Of a DNA stretch of 64,000 nt, positions 28,577-41,868 are shown piece by piece. The translations under genes were made by a program, and so were the position numbers. Origin of the DNA: Candidatus Zixiibacteriota bacterium. GTDB lineage: Bacteria > Zixibacteria > MSB-5A5 > WJJR01. The notes below the pieces were generated by a model. The model did not search any database. It was not told where the DNA came from and saw nothing but the letters and a program-made list of their open reading frames with translations. The stretch covers positions 21,622 through 85,621 of the forward strand of contig JBFMGX010000020.1 in NCBI GenBank assembly GCA_040752595.1. The letters run 5' to 3'. Each line of letters opens with the position of its first letter. The stretch's first letter is position 1.

Positions 28577-29572
28577 ATGGCGATCAAGATCGGGATCAAC
28601 GGATTTGGGCGGATCGGGCGGTTGGTGTACCGCGCCGCCATGGGGCGCAAGGATCTGGAGATCGTCGCCGTCAATGACATCACCGATGCCAGGACGCTGG
28701 CGCATCTGCTGAAGTACGACTCGGTCCACCGTCGGTTGGACGCGGACATCACGGCGGACGACAAGGGACTGGTGGTCAATGGACACCATGTGCGCGTGAC
28801 CGCCGAGCGCGACCCGGCCAAGCTCCCATGGAAGGAGCTCGGTGTCGAGACGGTGCTGGAGTCGACCGGGTTGTTCACCGATCGCGACAAGGCCGCGGCC
28901 CACCTGACTGCGGGTGCCAAGCGTGTCCTCATCTCGGCGCCGGCCAAGAAGGGCGATGGCACCTTTGTGCTTGGCGTCAACGACAAGGACTACGATCCCC
29001 AAAAGCACATCATCATCTCGATCGGCTCCTGCACCACCAACTGTCTCGCACCGGTGGCGAAAGTTCTGGTCGACACGTTCGGAATCGAATCGGGATTCAT
29101 GACCACCATCCATGCATACACGAACGATCAGCGCATCCTTGATCTGCCGCACAAGGACCTCAGGCGGGCACGGGCGGCGGCGATGTCACTCATCCCAACG
29201 TCGACCGGAGCCGCCAAGGCGATCGGGCAGGTGATTCCGCAGTTGGACGGGAAACTCGATGGGATTGCCGTGCGGGCGCCGGTGCCGGATGGATCGCTGG
29301 TTGATCTGACCTGCGTCACCACCAAACCGGCGACCGCAGAAGCAATCAACGCCGCCATGAAGGCAGCCGCACAGGGTCCCATGAAGGGAATCCTGCGTTA
29401 CTGTGATGAGCCGATTGTCTCCATCGACGTCGTCGGCGATCCACATTCGTCCGTGTTTGATGCGATGGAGACCCGGGCCAAAGGGAACCTTGTCAAGGTA
29501 TTGTCCTGGTACGACAATGAGTGGGGATTCTCGGTCCGCACCGTCGAGATGCTGGCGCGGATGGATGATTGA
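28577..29572 (+). CDS. gap: Glyceraldehyde-3-phosphate dehydrogenase
   Basis: MAIKIGINGFGRIGRLV, the active site GSCTTNCLAPVAKVL, and WYDNEWGFS. Confidence 0.95.
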   Translation: MAIKIGINGFGRIGRLVYRAAMGRKDLEIVAVNDITDARTLAHLLKYDSVHRRLDADITADDKGLVVNGHHVRVTAERDPAKLPWKELGVETVLESTGLFTDRDKAAAHLTAGAKRVLISAPAKKGDGTFVLGVNDKDYDPQKHIIISIGSCTTNCLAPVAKVLVDTFGIESGFMTTIHAYTNDQRILDLPHKDLRRARAAAMSLIPTSTGAAKAIGQVIPQLDGKLDGIAVRAPVPDGSLVDLTCVTTKPATAEAINAAMKAAAQGPMKGILRYCDEPIVSIDVVGDPHSSVFDAMETRAKGNLVKVLSWYDNEWGFSVRTVEMLARMDD

Positions 29573-29583
29573 ACACAACTGTC

Positions 29584-29616
29584 GCGGGAGGGCGAGGCTC
29601 CTGCCGAGCCGCGTTT
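29584..29616. repeat. Family F7 repeat arm (GCGGGAGGGCGARGCTCCTGCYGAGCCGCRTTT)
   Basis: Nearly identical to 61947-61979. Lies in the gap-pgk spacer. Confidence 0.7.
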
Positions 29617-29618
29617 GA

Positions 29619-30815
29619 GTGATGAACAAGAAGACCATCGACGACATCCCGCTCAAGGGACGACGCGTCCTGGTGCGCGTGGATTTCAATGTGCCGTTGA
29701 AAGACGGCCGGGTGGCGGATGATACCCGTTTGACCGCTTCACTGCCGACGATCCGCAAGCTGCGCGACTCGGGGGCGCGCACGGTGTTGGTGTCGCATCT
29801 GGGCCGTCCGAAGGGGAAGCCGGAGGAGAAATACTCGCTGGCCCCTGTGGCACGACACTTGGGCGGGTTGCTGGAGACGACAGTGCCGTTCGGGGAAGAT
29901 TGTATAGGGCCCAAGGCCGCCGCGGTTGTGGACAACGTGGGTGATGGTGGGCTCTGCCTCCTGGAAAACCTCCGGTTCCATCCCGGCGAGGAAAAGAACG
30001 ACGTGGAATTCGCCCGGCAGTTGGCCGCATGGGGCGACAGCTATGTCAATGACGCGTTTGGTACCGCACACCGCGCCCATGCCTCCACGGAGGGGGTGAC
30101 CCACCACATTGAGACCTGCGTGGCCGGCTATCTCATGCAGAAGGAGCTCGAATACCTCAGCCGGCTGCTGAACGTCCCGAAGCGGCCGATGGTGGCCTTG
30201 TTGGGCGGGGCGAAAGTCTCGGGCAAGCTCGAAGTGTTGACCAACCTGATGAAGACGGTCGACACGTTCTTGATCGGCGGCGGGATGGCGTTCACGTTTC
30301 TCAAAGCGCAAGGACGCGCAATCGGAAAATCCCTCGTGGAAGATGAACTGCTCGACACCGCGCGTCAGGTGCTGAGCAGCGCCACGGCAGAGAAGAAACG
30401 TCTCCTGCTCCCCTCCGACTGCGTGGCGGCGCCGGACCTGAATGGGACCGGGAAGCCGGTCATTGCCGGGATTGGTCAGATACCGCCCGACTTGGCCGCG
30501 TATGACATCGGCCCGCAGACCGCCAAGTCCTTCAGCGCTGAACTCAAACAGGCGGGGACGATCTTCTGGAATGGTCCCATGGGTGTGTTCGAGACACCGC
30601 CCTTCGATGCCGGGACAAAAGTGGTCGCACATGCGGTCGCCGATGCGACCAGTGGCGGGGCGACGTCTGTGATCGGTGGGGGCGACTCGGTCGCGGCGGT
30701 GCAGCAGGTCGGAGTTGCCGACAAAATCTCCCACATCTCGACCGGTGGCGGGGCCTCGCTGGAGTTTCTGGAAGGGAAGACCCTCCCCGGCGTGGCAGCG
30801 CTGAATGACCGATGA
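29619..30815 (+). CDS. pgk: Phosphoglycerate kinase
   Basis: [33 protein letters not shown] and [15 protein letters not shown]. Confidence 0.95.
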   Translation: MMNKKTIDDIPLKGRRVLVRVDFNVPLKDGRVADDTRLTASLPTIRKLRDSGARTVLVSHLGRPKGKPEEKYSLAPVARHLGGLLETTVPFGEDCIGPKAAAVVDNVGDGGLCLLENLRFHPGEEKNDVEFARQLAAWGDSYVNDAFGTAHRAHASTEGVTHHIETCVAGYLMQKELEYLSRLLNVPKRPMVALLGGAKVSGKLEVLTNLMKTVDTFLIGGGMAFTFLKAQGRAIGKSLVEDELLDTARQVLSSATAEKKRLLLPSDCVAAPDLNGTGKPVIAGIGQIPPDLAAYDIGPQTAKSFSAELKQAGTIFWNGPMGVFETPPFDAGTKVVAHAVADATSGGATSVIGGGDSVAAVQQVGVADKISHISTGGGASLEFLEGKTLPGVAALNDR

Positions 30816-30820
30816 CATGG

Positions 30821-30892
30821 CAGGGGGTTGAAAACCCCCTGTCCGCGCATGTGAAGTCGAGCTTCTGAGGACAGGGGGCTTTCAGCCCCCTG
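30821..30892. repeat. Inverted pair of F1 hairpins
   Basis: cagggggttgaaaaccccctgtccgc (30821-30846) and gaggacagggggctttcagccccctg (30867-30892), in the pgk-tpiA spacer. Confidence 0.85.
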
Positions 30893-30918
30893 CGTCACCC
30901 AGGGGAGACGACGAATAG

Positions 30919-31692
30919 ATGCCTCGCACCCCTTTCATCGCCGGCAACTGGAAGATGAACTGCGATATTCCGCGCACACGCGAGCTTTGTGAGGCCCTCA
31001 TGGCACGGTTGGCGCCATGGCCGGAGGCTGCCGGACAACCGGTCGATGTCGCTGTATTCCCGCCCTTTGTCTCGCTGTCCGCAGCGCATGACTGCCTACG
31101 TGGCAGCCGTATCCAATTGGGCGCCCAAAACATGCATGAGGCGGCATCGGGAGCGTTCACCGGAGAGGTCTCAGCCGCCATGTTGTTGACCGCGGGGTGC
31201 ACTTTGGTTATCTTGGGACACTCCGAGCGGCGCCAACTGTTTGGCGAGACCGACGCGGGGATCAACAGGAAGGCCCACGCGGCACTGTCGGCCGGACTGA
31301 GGCCGATTGTCTGTGTGGGCGAAACATTGGAGGAGCGGGAAACCGGCCGAACCTTTGCCGTGCTCGAATCGCAACTGGCCGGTTCACTGGCGGGGATGAC
31401 CGCGGCGCAGATGTCGCTGATGACCATTGCCTACGAGCCGGTCTGGGCCATCGGTACCGGTCGCGTGGCGACCGTCGAGCAGGCGGGCGAGGCGCACCGG
31501 TTCATCCGTGGCTGGGTCGCGCGCGTCCATTCATCAGAGTTGTCTGAGCGGGTGCGAATCCAGTATGGCGGATCAGTCAAGGCGGCCAATGCCGCGACGC
31601 TCTTGGCGCAAGCCGATATCGATGGATGCCTCGTCGGTGGCGCCTCACTGGATCCCGATGAATTCGTGGCCATCGCCCGCGCCGCCACATAG
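30919..31692 (+). CDS. tpiA: Triosephosphate isomerase
   Basis: PFIAGNWKMN, VILGHSERR, AYEPVWAIGTG and YGGSVK. Confidence 0.95.
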   Translation: MPRTPFIAGNWKMNCDIPRTRELCEALMARLAPWPEAAGQPVDVAVFPPFVSLSAAHDCLRGSRIQLGAQNMHEAASGAFTGEVSAAMLLTAGCTLVILGHSERRQLFGETDAGINRKAHAALSAGLRPIVCVGETLEERETGRTFAVLESQLAGSLAGMTAAQMSLMTIAYEPVWAIGTGRVATVEQAGEAHRFIRGWVARVHSSELSERVRIQYGGSVKAANAATLLAQADIDGCLVGGASLDPDEFVAIARAAT

Positions 31693-31710
31693 AATCCGAA
31701 TGAATCCACT

Positions 31711-31765
31711 GTCATTCCGAGCGACTTGTCCCGAACGAAGTTGAGGGAAGCGAGGAATCTGCTTT
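31711..31765. repeat. Half-copy of family F4 element
   Basis: gtcattccgagcgacttgtcccgaacgaagttgagggaagcgaggaatctgcttt, in the tpiA-secG spacer. Confidence 0.65.
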
Positions 31766-31798
31766 TTCTATTCAGTGATGGGCGCGTAAGGAGGAGTT

Positions 31799-32236
31799 GT
31801 GTACGGTTTACTGATCGCACTGCATTTGATCATCTGCTGCGCGTTGATCATCTCGGTCTTGCTGCAGTCGGCCAAAGGCGAAGGATTGGCCGGGGCATTC
31901 GGCGGTTCATCGCTGACCGGGACCGTCTTCGGCGGCCGCGGCGCGGCGACCTTTCTGTCCAAGGCGACCACGGTGCTGGCCATTGCCTTCTTCTCCTCGG
32001 CGTTGGTCTTGGGATTCATGCGTCCGGCGGTCGGGACCCGGGCGGTCAGCGGCGGTGAAAGCGCAGTCGAAGAGGCGGCGCGTCAGGCGCCGGCCCCGGT
32101 CGAGCAACCGGTGACGCAGGATCAGCCGCAGGGTCAGCCGGCACAGCAGCCATCCGGCCAGGAGGCGACGCCGATCGACCAGTTGAATCCCGAAACGCCG
32201 CAGCAGACGCCGCCGGGGGATTCAGGAAAACGATAG
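31799..32236 (+). CDS. secG: Preprotein translocase subunit SecG with Q/P-rich C-terminal extension
   Basis: LLIALHLIICCALIISVLLQSAKGEGLAGAFGG...FLSKATTVLAIAFFSSALVLGF gives the typical SecG two-helix core. It sits in the conserved position after tpiA. Confidence 0.8.
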   Translation: MYGLLIALHLIICCALIISVLLQSAKGEGLAGAFGGSSLTGTVFGGRGAATFLSKATTVLAIAFFSSALVLGFMRPAVGTRAVSGGESAVEEAARQAPAPVEQPVTQDQPQGQPAQQPSGQEATPIDQLNPETPQQTPPGDSGKR

Positions 32237-32325
32237 TGCCGTCTTGCCCGGCGCCACCGACCCTCGGGTGACGTCGGGGATAATGTGAGCGCAGGACGCG
32301 CCAGTCCTCAAGTGCCTGCAGGCAC

Positions 32326-32410
32326 GCCGAAGTGGTGGAATTGGCAGACACGCCATCTTGAGGGGGTGGTGGGGAGACCCGTGCGGGTTCAAATCCCGCC
32401 TTCGGCACCA
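32326..32410 (+). tRNA. leuU: tRNA-Leu (anticodon GAG), class II with long variable arm, CCA encoded
   Basis: Hand-folded. Acceptor GCCGAAG/CTTCGGC; D-arm GTGG-AATTGGCAGA-CAC; anticodon arm CCATC-TTGAGGG-GGTGG; variable arm TGGGGAGACCCGT; T-arm GCGGG-TTCAAAT-CCCGC; then ACCA. Collinear with E. coli tRNA-Leu. Confidence 0.9.
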
Positions 32411-32431
32411 AGATCCGACGACATACCGCGT

Positions 32432-32607
32432 GCGGACAGGGGGCTTTCAGCCCCCTGATTCTATTTTGGGTTTGCAGTCGTTGGTCAGGAGCCCTGCGCT
32501 CCTGACGGATGGTGTCTGGAGCACGGTTCGACTTCGCTCACCGCAAGCGGGGTTCCCGACCTACACGAGAACCTCTTCTTGCAGGGGGTTGAAAACCCCC
32601 TGTCCTC
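32432..32607. repeat. F1 hairpin, F6 hairpin and inverted F1 hairpin between tRNA-Leu and tag
   Basis: gcggacagggggctttcagccccctg (32432-32457), gtcaggagccctgcgctcctgac (32484-32506), and cagggggttgaaaaccccctgtcctc (32582-32607). Confidence 0.8.
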
Positions 32608-32618
32608 AGGAGGGGAAG

Positions 32619-33191
32619 GTGCCCAGCAAGACGCGTTGCCCGTGGCCGACTGATGATCCGCTCATGATCGAGTACCATGATCGTGAGTGGGGTAAACCGC
32701 TCCATGACGACCGCCGGCTGTTTGAATTCCTCGTGCTGGAAGGTATGCAGGCCGGGCTGTCGTGGCGGACGGTTTTGCACAAGCGGGAGAACTACCGCCG
32801 GGCATTTGATGGTCTCGATCCGGAGAAGATCGCGCACTACACGAGGCGTAAGGTCGAACGGTTGCTTGCGGACCCGGGGATCATCCGCAATCGTCTGAAG
32901 ATCGAGGCGGCCATCGGCAATGCGCGGGCGTTCCTGCGGGTCGTCGACGAGTTCGGCAGTTTTGATCGGTATGTCTGGCGGTTCGTCGACGGTCGGCCGA
33001 TTGTGAATCGTTGGCGAACACTGAAGCAACTGCCCGCCATCAGTCCCGAGGCGGAGGCGCTGTCAAAGGATCTCAGGCTGCGCGGCTTTCGTTTCGTCGG
33101 CCCCACGATCGTTTATGCTCATATGCAAGCCACCGGCATGGTGAATGACCACCTGGTCAGTTGCTTCCGTCACCGCGAACTATCGCGATGA
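32619..33191 (+). CDS. tag: DNA-3-methyladenine glycosylase I
   Basis: CPWPTDDPLMIEYHDREWGKPLHDDRRLFEFLVLEGMQAGLSWRTVLHKRENYR. Start set to GTG 32619, after AGGAGGGG. The ORF-track start 32358 lies inside the tRNA gene. Confidence 0.85.
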   Translation: MPSKTRCPWPTDDPLMIEYHDREWGKPLHDDRRLFEFLVLEGMQAGLSWRTVLHKRENYRRAFDGLDPEKIAHYTRRKVERLLADPGIIRNRLKIEAAIGNARAFLRVVDEFGSFDRYVWRFVDGRPIVNRWRTLKQLPAISPEAEALSKDLRLRGFRFVGPTIVYAHMQATGMVNDHLVSCFRHRELSR

Positions 33192-33236
33192 GGGCCGGGG
33201 GCCTCAGGCCCTTGCGGTTCGACGCGGTCAGCACAA

Positions 33237-33302
33237 CAGGGGGTTGAAAACCCCTGTCCTCAAGGATTCGCTTCTCGCGGACAGGGGGCTTTCAGCCCGC
33301 TG
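33237..33302. repeat. Inverted pair of F1 hairpins
   Basis: cagggggttgaaaacccctgtcctc (33237-33261) and gcggacagggggctttcagcccgctg (33277-33302). The second overlaps the last codons of the DUF5131 ORF. Confidence 0.8.
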
Positions 33303-34056
33303 TGGTTAGACCCGAGCGGCTCCGAGCGGCCACCTGTCTGTCCCTGTCCGGCTCCGGCATTTCGTCCCAGGTGCGGCCATCGAGAACGCGTCCCTGTCGC
33401 TTCTTGTGGACGCCGCCCCACTGTTTGAAGAAGAACGGAACTTCCCTGACAAGACACTGGTCGCGGATATCACGGACCCAATCGGCCTGCATCGGACGGC
33501 AACCGGGGCCGGATTCGCCGCCGGCAATGACCCAGTCAATCCCATCAAGCGGCAACCTGGGAATCGGACCAAGCAACGGCTCGACTGAGAGGAAGCGCAC
33601 CGCCGCCGGGACCTCTTTCAGGTAGTGGACGCGGTGAACGTACCTGTGGTCTTCGACGCTCACGCCCATCCACACGTTCCTAGGCCACGGCAACTGACGC
33701 CAGACCTCGGCAAGACGCTCGGCGCGTTTGGTCAAAATCTGGAACTGGTGCCAGCCCGCCTCCTGCATCACCCAGAAGACCTTCTGGATGAACTCCAACG
33801 GCACATCGCGGTGGAACAGATCGCTCATCGAGTTGACGAAGATCGTCTGTGGCTTCGGCCACAGTAGCGGCAGGGGAAGGGCATTGTCATGAATCGTGAG
33901 CTCGAAGCCATTGCGATAGTTCTCCGACCCCATGGCCCGCAGGCGTCTGGCCATGCGCTCCGCATAGCAGAATTTGCATCCCGGGCTGACCTTGTCGCAC
34001 CCGGTGACCGGGTTCCAGGTCGAGTTCGTCCATTCGATGGGGGAGGAGAGGGCCAT
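33292..34056 (-). CDS. Phage Gp37/Gp68-family protein (DUF5131)
   Basis: [30 protein letters not shown]..., [49 protein letters not shown] and FFFKQWGG are the family hallmarks. Start trimmed to ATG 34056; the upstream extension runs through repeat F4. Confidence 0.8.
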   Translation of the reverse strand: MALSSPIEWTNSTWNPVTGCDKVSPGCKFCYAERMARRLRAMGSENYRNGFELTIHDNALPLPLLWPKPQTIFVNSMSDLFHRDVPLEFIQKVFWVMQEAGWHQFQILTKRAERLAEVWRQLPWPRNVWMGVSVEDHRYVHRVHYLKEVPAAVRFLSVEPLLGPIPRLPLDGIDWVIAGGESGPGCRPMQADWVRDIRDQCLVREVPFFFKQWGGVHKKRQGRVLDGRTWDEMPEPDRDRQVAARSRSGLTTAG

Positions 34057-34089
34057 GGACGCTGCTATATAGCCGATTCCCAGTCCCAT

Positions 34090-34193
34090 GTCATCCCGAG
34101 CGAGTTTCTCCACCTGCGGCGGAGAGACGACACGAGGGATCTGCTGTTTTGCCGCTGTTAAGAAAGCAGATGCCTTGCTGCGCTCGGCATGAC
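34090..34193. repeat. Family F4 palindromic element
   Basis: gtcatcccgagcgag...cacgagggatctgctg // aagcagatgccttgctgcgctcggcatgac, in the divergent spacer between the DUF5131 and protease genes. Confidence 0.85.
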
Positions 34194-34298
34194 ATATTCT
34201 GCCAAGGACTTCGAAGGACACCGCCGCCCTCATCGGCCGGGCGAGAAAGGGCGCGATGGGTTGCGCGGTGGGCGTGACTTCGAGGTGAGAAAACCACC

Positions 34299-35162
34299 GT
34301 GGGTAGCAGACATAACGACAGGGTTCGGAGAATGGCCGCCCTTTTCGGCAGCGCTGCCATCGCACTCTTCTTGTATTCTGGAGCCGCGACGCCACTGCGC
34401 AGTCAACCTTGGAGTGTTGTAGAACAAAAGGAGGTCATTAAGAGCTGGGAGCTGCCTGTTTGCTACGTCGTGTCACACGGGGACAGCACGAAGTATGGCT
34501 CCGGATTCTTGATGGGCACTGCAGATTCCAACATGTTTCTGTTCTTCACCGCGCTGCACGTGGTGCAAGGCAGCGATTCGGTCCAGGTTCAACTCGGGAT
34601 CTATGACGGTGACTGCAATCGTAGGAGATGGGAGTTCAGGTGGGTCCCCCATGAAGCTGGGCAAAGGGTCTACTACGTATCGGACCCTTCCTACGACTGT
34701 GCGTGGATCCCGATCCGGCGGGAGTTGATCGTCAGGGGACTTCCAGCGACATGGCGCTTCTGGTTTGTGAAGAAGAACCAATTGGTCCCGGTCGACAGCC
34801 TCTGCGTTGGACTTCCGGTCGTGTTCGCTGGTTACCCTGCGGGCCTTTCTGTGGGATCAAAGGTCCCGGTCGTACGGTTCGGACGAATTGCCGCAATAGG
34901 CCTGGACCCCAGACAGGTCCTTCTGGATGCGAACGTATTCCAAGGATCGAGCGGAAGCCCAGTTCTTCTTGATAAGACAGATCCCCGCACCAGGGCATTC
35001 GAAGGGAGTCTCGTGGGCCTGATCTTTGAGAATCTGGATGTACTGAGGCAGTCCCCCGAGAGTCAGTTCCGATCGACGGAGAACCTTGGCATCGGGTGTG
35101 TGGTGCCAGCCGACGTTCTGCTCAGGAGCGTTGAGCTCTTCGAGAAGCCGCCTCAGCGCTGA
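34299..35162 (+). CDS. Secreted trypsin-like (S1/chymotrypsin-fold) serine protease
   Basis: Signal-like [19 protein letters not shown] (alternative start 34332). Catalytic His context FTALHVV, candidate Asp in YDCAWIPI, and Ser in [12 protein letters not shown]. Visibly lower GC than its neighbours. Confidence 0.7.
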   Translation: MGSRHNDRVRRMAALFGSAAIALFLYSGAATPLRSQPWSVVEQKEVIKSWELPVCYVVSHGDSTKYGSGFLMGTADSNMFLFFTALHVVQGSDSVQVQLGIYDGDCNRRRWEFRWVPHEAGQRVYYVSDPSYDCAWIPIRRELIVRGLPATWRFWFVKKNQLVPVDSLCVGLPVVFAGYPAGLSVGSKVPVVRFGRIAAIGLDPRQVLLDANVFQGSSGSPVLLDKTDPRTRAFEGSLVGLIFENLDVLRQSPESQFRSTENLGIGCVVPADVLLRSVELFEKPPQR

Positions 35163-35201
35163 GCCCCGATTAGCCCTCGCACCTGATCACAGAGGCCAGT
35201 G

Positions 35202-36545
35202 TCAGACCCGCTCCCCCAGCCACTGCGACAGGCGGTCCATAGCGACGCGGACCTGTTCCATCGAGTCGCGGTCGCGGATGGTGACGGTTTGGTCCTCCAG
35301 GGTCTGGGAGTCGACGGTGACGCAGAAGGGGGTGCCGACTTCATCCATGCGGCGGTAACGGCGGCCGACTGCACCTTTGTCATCGTAGAAGACCTTGAAC
35401 TTCTTGCGCAGATCGGCGTCGAGTTTGAGCGCGATCTCCGGCATGCCGTCACGATTGACGAGGGGGAAGACGGCGACTTTGATCGGCGCCAGACGCGGAT
35501 CGAGCGCGATTACGGTGCGTTGCTCGCCCCGCACGACTTCCTCACGGTAGCCGTCGACCAGACAGACCAACGCAGTCCGGTCAGCGCCCGCTGAGGTCTC
35601 GATGATGTAGGGGACAAAGCGCTCGCGCGTCTCTTCCTCGAAATACGAGAGATCGACGCCGGTCGCTTCTTTGTGGCGCGACAGATCGAAATCGGTGCGG
35701 TTGTGAATCCCCTCAAACTCCTTCCAGCCGAAGGGGAATTCATACTCGATGTCGTAGGCGTCCTTGGCATAGTGCGCCAGCTCACCGGCGCCATGCTGGT
35801 GGAAGCGCAGCTTCTCTTTGCGGATGCCCAGATCGAGATACCAGTCGTAGCGGGTCTGCTTCCAATACTCAAACCACTTCTGGTCTTCCTTGGGGTTCAC
35901 GAAATACTGCATCTCCATCTGCTCGAATTCGCGCGAGCGGAAGATGAAATTCCCCGGCGAAATCTCATTGCGGAACGCCTTGCCGATCTGCGCGATCCCG
36001 AACGGCAGCTTGCGTCGCATCGGTCCCTGCACGTTGAGGAAGTTGACATAAATCCCCTGCGCGGTCTCGGGGCGCATGTAGACAATGGCGGCGTCATCCT
36101 CGACCGGGCCCATGAAGGTCTTGAACATCAGATTGAACTGGCGCGGCTCGGTGAACTTGCCCTCGGCGTGGCACTTCGCCGCCTTGCGACCTTTGTAAGC
36201 GGGGCTGCCGCACATCGCCTCTTCGATCTGGTCGAGACGGAAGCGGGCCTTGCACTCCTTGCAGTCCACCAAGGGATCGGTGAAACCGGCGACGTGACCT
36301 GAGGTCACCCACACTTGCGGATGCATGAGGATGGCGGCATCGATGCCCTCCACGTCATCGCGCCGGTGGGTCATCGATTGCCACCAGTGCTCCTTGATGT
36401 TGCGCTTGAGCTCGACCCCTAACGGACCGAAGTCCCAGCAGGAATTGAGCCCGCCGTAGATTTCCGAGGAGCCGAATACGAAACCGCGCCGTTTGCAGAG
36501 CGCGACGAGTTTGTCCATGGTTTGATCGGTGCCGGTTTGCGCCAC
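35202..36545 (-). CDS. glyQS: Glycine--tRNA ligase (dimeric class II, GlyQS type)
   Basis: LCKRRGFVFGSSEIYGGLNSCWDFGPLGVELKRNIKEHWW, QIGKAFRNEISP, and ETSAGADR. Confidence 0.95.
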   Translation of the reverse strand: MAQTGTDQTMDKLVALCKRRGFVFGSSEIYGGLNSCWDFGPLGVELKRNIKEHWWQSMTHRRDDVEGIDAAILMHPQVWVTSGHVAGFTDPLVDCKECKARFRLDQIEEAMCGSPAYKGRKAAKCHAEGKFTEPRQFNLMFKTFMGPVEDDAAIVYMRPETAQGIYVNFLNVQGPMRRKLPFGIAQIGKAFRNEISPGNFIFRSREFEQMEMQYFVNPKEDQKWFEYWKQTRYDWYLDLGIRKEKLRFHQHGAGELAHYAKDAYDIEYEFPFGWKEFEGIHNRTDFDLSRHKEATGVDLSYFEEETRERFVPYIIETSAGADRTALVCLVDGYREEVVRGEQRTVIALDPRLAPIKVAVFPLVNRDGMPEIALKLDADLRKKFKVFYDDKGAVGRRYRRMDEVGTPFCVTVDSQTLEDQTVTIRDRDSMEQVRVAMDRLSQWLGERV

Positions 36546-36633
36546 GAGGCCTCCGTGAATGTGTTATGTCAGACGGTCGGCGGCTTGTCCTGAGCGTAGC
36601 CGAAGGAAGTCCACGACCATTCATATACTACTT

Positions 36634-36734
36634 GTCATGCCGAACGGAGTGAGGCATCTGCTTTCTCTTGATAGGACAACAGCAGATTCCTCTCGTCGTC
36701 GTCGCCCTTCGGGCGACGACTCGCTCGGAATGAC
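36634..36734. repeat. Family F4 palindromic element
   Basis: gtcatgccgaacggagtgaggcatctgct // aacagcagattcctctcgtcgtcgtcgcccttcgggcgacgactcgctcggaatgac, in the recO-glyQS spacer. Confidence 0.85.
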
Positions 36735-36752
36735 ATAGGGTGGTTTCGTTGT

Positions 36753-37529
36753 TCAATACGATCCCATGCGCCGGGCGAAGTCGAGCGCATTCAAGCGTCC
36801 GCCGCCGAGATGATAGCGGACAAAATCCTCGACCGCCGCGGCGATCTCCTCCAGCGTCCCCGCCGGCAAAGGCGGAGCACTTGCCTCTAATATCGGCGCT
36901 TCCTGACGGGATCGCAACTCGGCCAGTGCCGCCGACGAGAGACGGTGCGGGTGCGCCTGGTCGGGCCGCTTCGGACGGCAGTCGCGGCAGATGATCTTTC
37001 CGGCGGCGGCATCGAAGATGACCGGTTGATCGTCGCGCGGAGCCCGTCCACAGGAATCACACCCGGCGAACTCCGGACGGAATCCCAGTGTTCCTGCAGC
37101 CGCCAACAGAAAGCTCCAGAATTGCCGGGCCAACTGGTCCTCTGGGATGTGCGCCAGCGATTCCAGAGCGGCGCGGGCCAGAGGGTAGAGTGCCGGTTCC
37201 GATTCTTCGTATGTATGGCGATACAGGAATTCCGCGACGGCGAAGCCGTATCCGGCCCGGGCGACCGAGGCGGTCAAGGGGAACCACGGGATGACCGCCC
37301 GGCAGGACGACAGCAGGTGCAACTGTTCGCGACTCTTCTTGTAGATCACGCACTCGGCGATCGACAGCGGTTCGAGATGTCCCCAGAACTGCGATTTGGG
37401 GCGGAAGGCCCCCTTGGCGACGACGGAGATGCGTCCCCAGTCGCGGGTGTACAGGACGGCGATCTTGGAGGTTTCGGAGAACTTCTGCACCGACAGGCAG
37501 ATCGCCTCGGTGACTTCAGGGGGTGGCAT
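36753..37529 (-). CDS. recO: DNA repair protein RecO
   Basis: N-terminal OB-like region (AICLSVQKFSETSKIAVLYTRDWGRISVVAKGA), a zinc-binding CDSCGR...CRDC cluster, and a length of 258 aa. Confidence 0.85.
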   Translation of the reverse strand: MPPPEVTEAICLSVQKFSETSKIAVLYTRDWGRISVVAKGAFRPKSQFWGHLEPLSIAECVIYKKSREQLHLLSSCRAVIPWFPLTASVARAGYGFAVAEFLYRHTYEESEPALYPLARAALESLAHIPEDQLARQFWSFLLAAAGTLGFRPEFAGCDSCGRAPRDDQPVIFDAAAGKIICRDCRPKRPDQAHPHRLSSAALAELRSRQEAPILEASAPPLPAGTLEEIAAAVEDFVRYHLGGGRLNALDFARRMGSY

Positions 37530-37929
37530 CGCCTTTGGGCGGAGCGGGACGCACAGGACGCGTCGTCAGCTCGTAGATCGTTTCATCGGGACGCGACAGG
37601 CGGTACTCGGTGCGCGCGATCATCTCGATGTACGTGGTGTCGGATTCGAGCAGACGGTGGCGCGTATCCAGGTCGACCAGTTCTGCGGACAGGGACAGTT
37701 CCTGGGCGGCCAGTTCCTGACGCAATCGCAACAGGGACAAGAGCCGCCAGGCGCCGCGATCGCCGATGACGAACAAGTAGAGCAATACGATTCCGCCGGT
37801 TACCCACAGCGCCTTGCGGGCGCGCGGCGGGAGTCCCGCTCGGCGCGGCATGGCGCGCAACGAGAACTCGCTGATGGTCACCAGCGCCGGTGACCGGCGT
37901 TTCTTGCGGCGGCGGAAGAGACCCATCAA
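37516..37929 (-). CDS. Septum formation initiator (FtsB/DivIC family)
   Basis: Single TM helix (WVTGGIVLLYLFVIG) followed by a coiled coil (LRLRQELAAQELSLSAELVDLD) and IEMIARTEYRLSRPDETIYEL. Sits directly downstream of eno, a common synteny. Confidence 0.65.
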   Translation of the reverse strand: MMGLFRRRKKRRSPALVTISEFSLRAMPRRAGLPPRARKALWVTGGIVLLYLFVIGDRGAWRLLSLLRLRQELAAQELSLSAELVDLDTRHRLLESDTTYIEMIARTEYRLSRPDETIYELTTRPVRPAPPKGDATP

Positions 37930-37947
37930 TATCTCGAATTCTCAGGC

Positions 37948-41711
<3,764 letters not shown>

Positions 41712-41868
41712 ACGTGTCCCGCCCGATTTTGAGACGGTCAGGCACGGCGTCGATTGTACACTCGAAACGGCATCGCGAGCGGAACTTCGTCGGAAATCGC
41801 CGGACAGTCACGGAACCCGTTGCCGGGATGGAGAAGGAGTGACACACGCGGGACGCCGACACAGAGCC

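Noticed and set aside
28577-32410. The gap-pgk-tpiA-secG cluster, metK-ahcY and eno-ftsB-recO considered as anything unusual.
   Set aside because: These are ordinary, widely conserved housekeeping syntenies. Only the secG-tRNA-Leu(GAG) pairing was kept as a minor note.
33292-35162. Prophage remnant inferred from the Gp37/Gp68 gene.
   Set aside because: There are no integrase, capsid, terminase or other phage genes, and no flanking direct repeats were found. DUF5131 alone is insufficient evidence.
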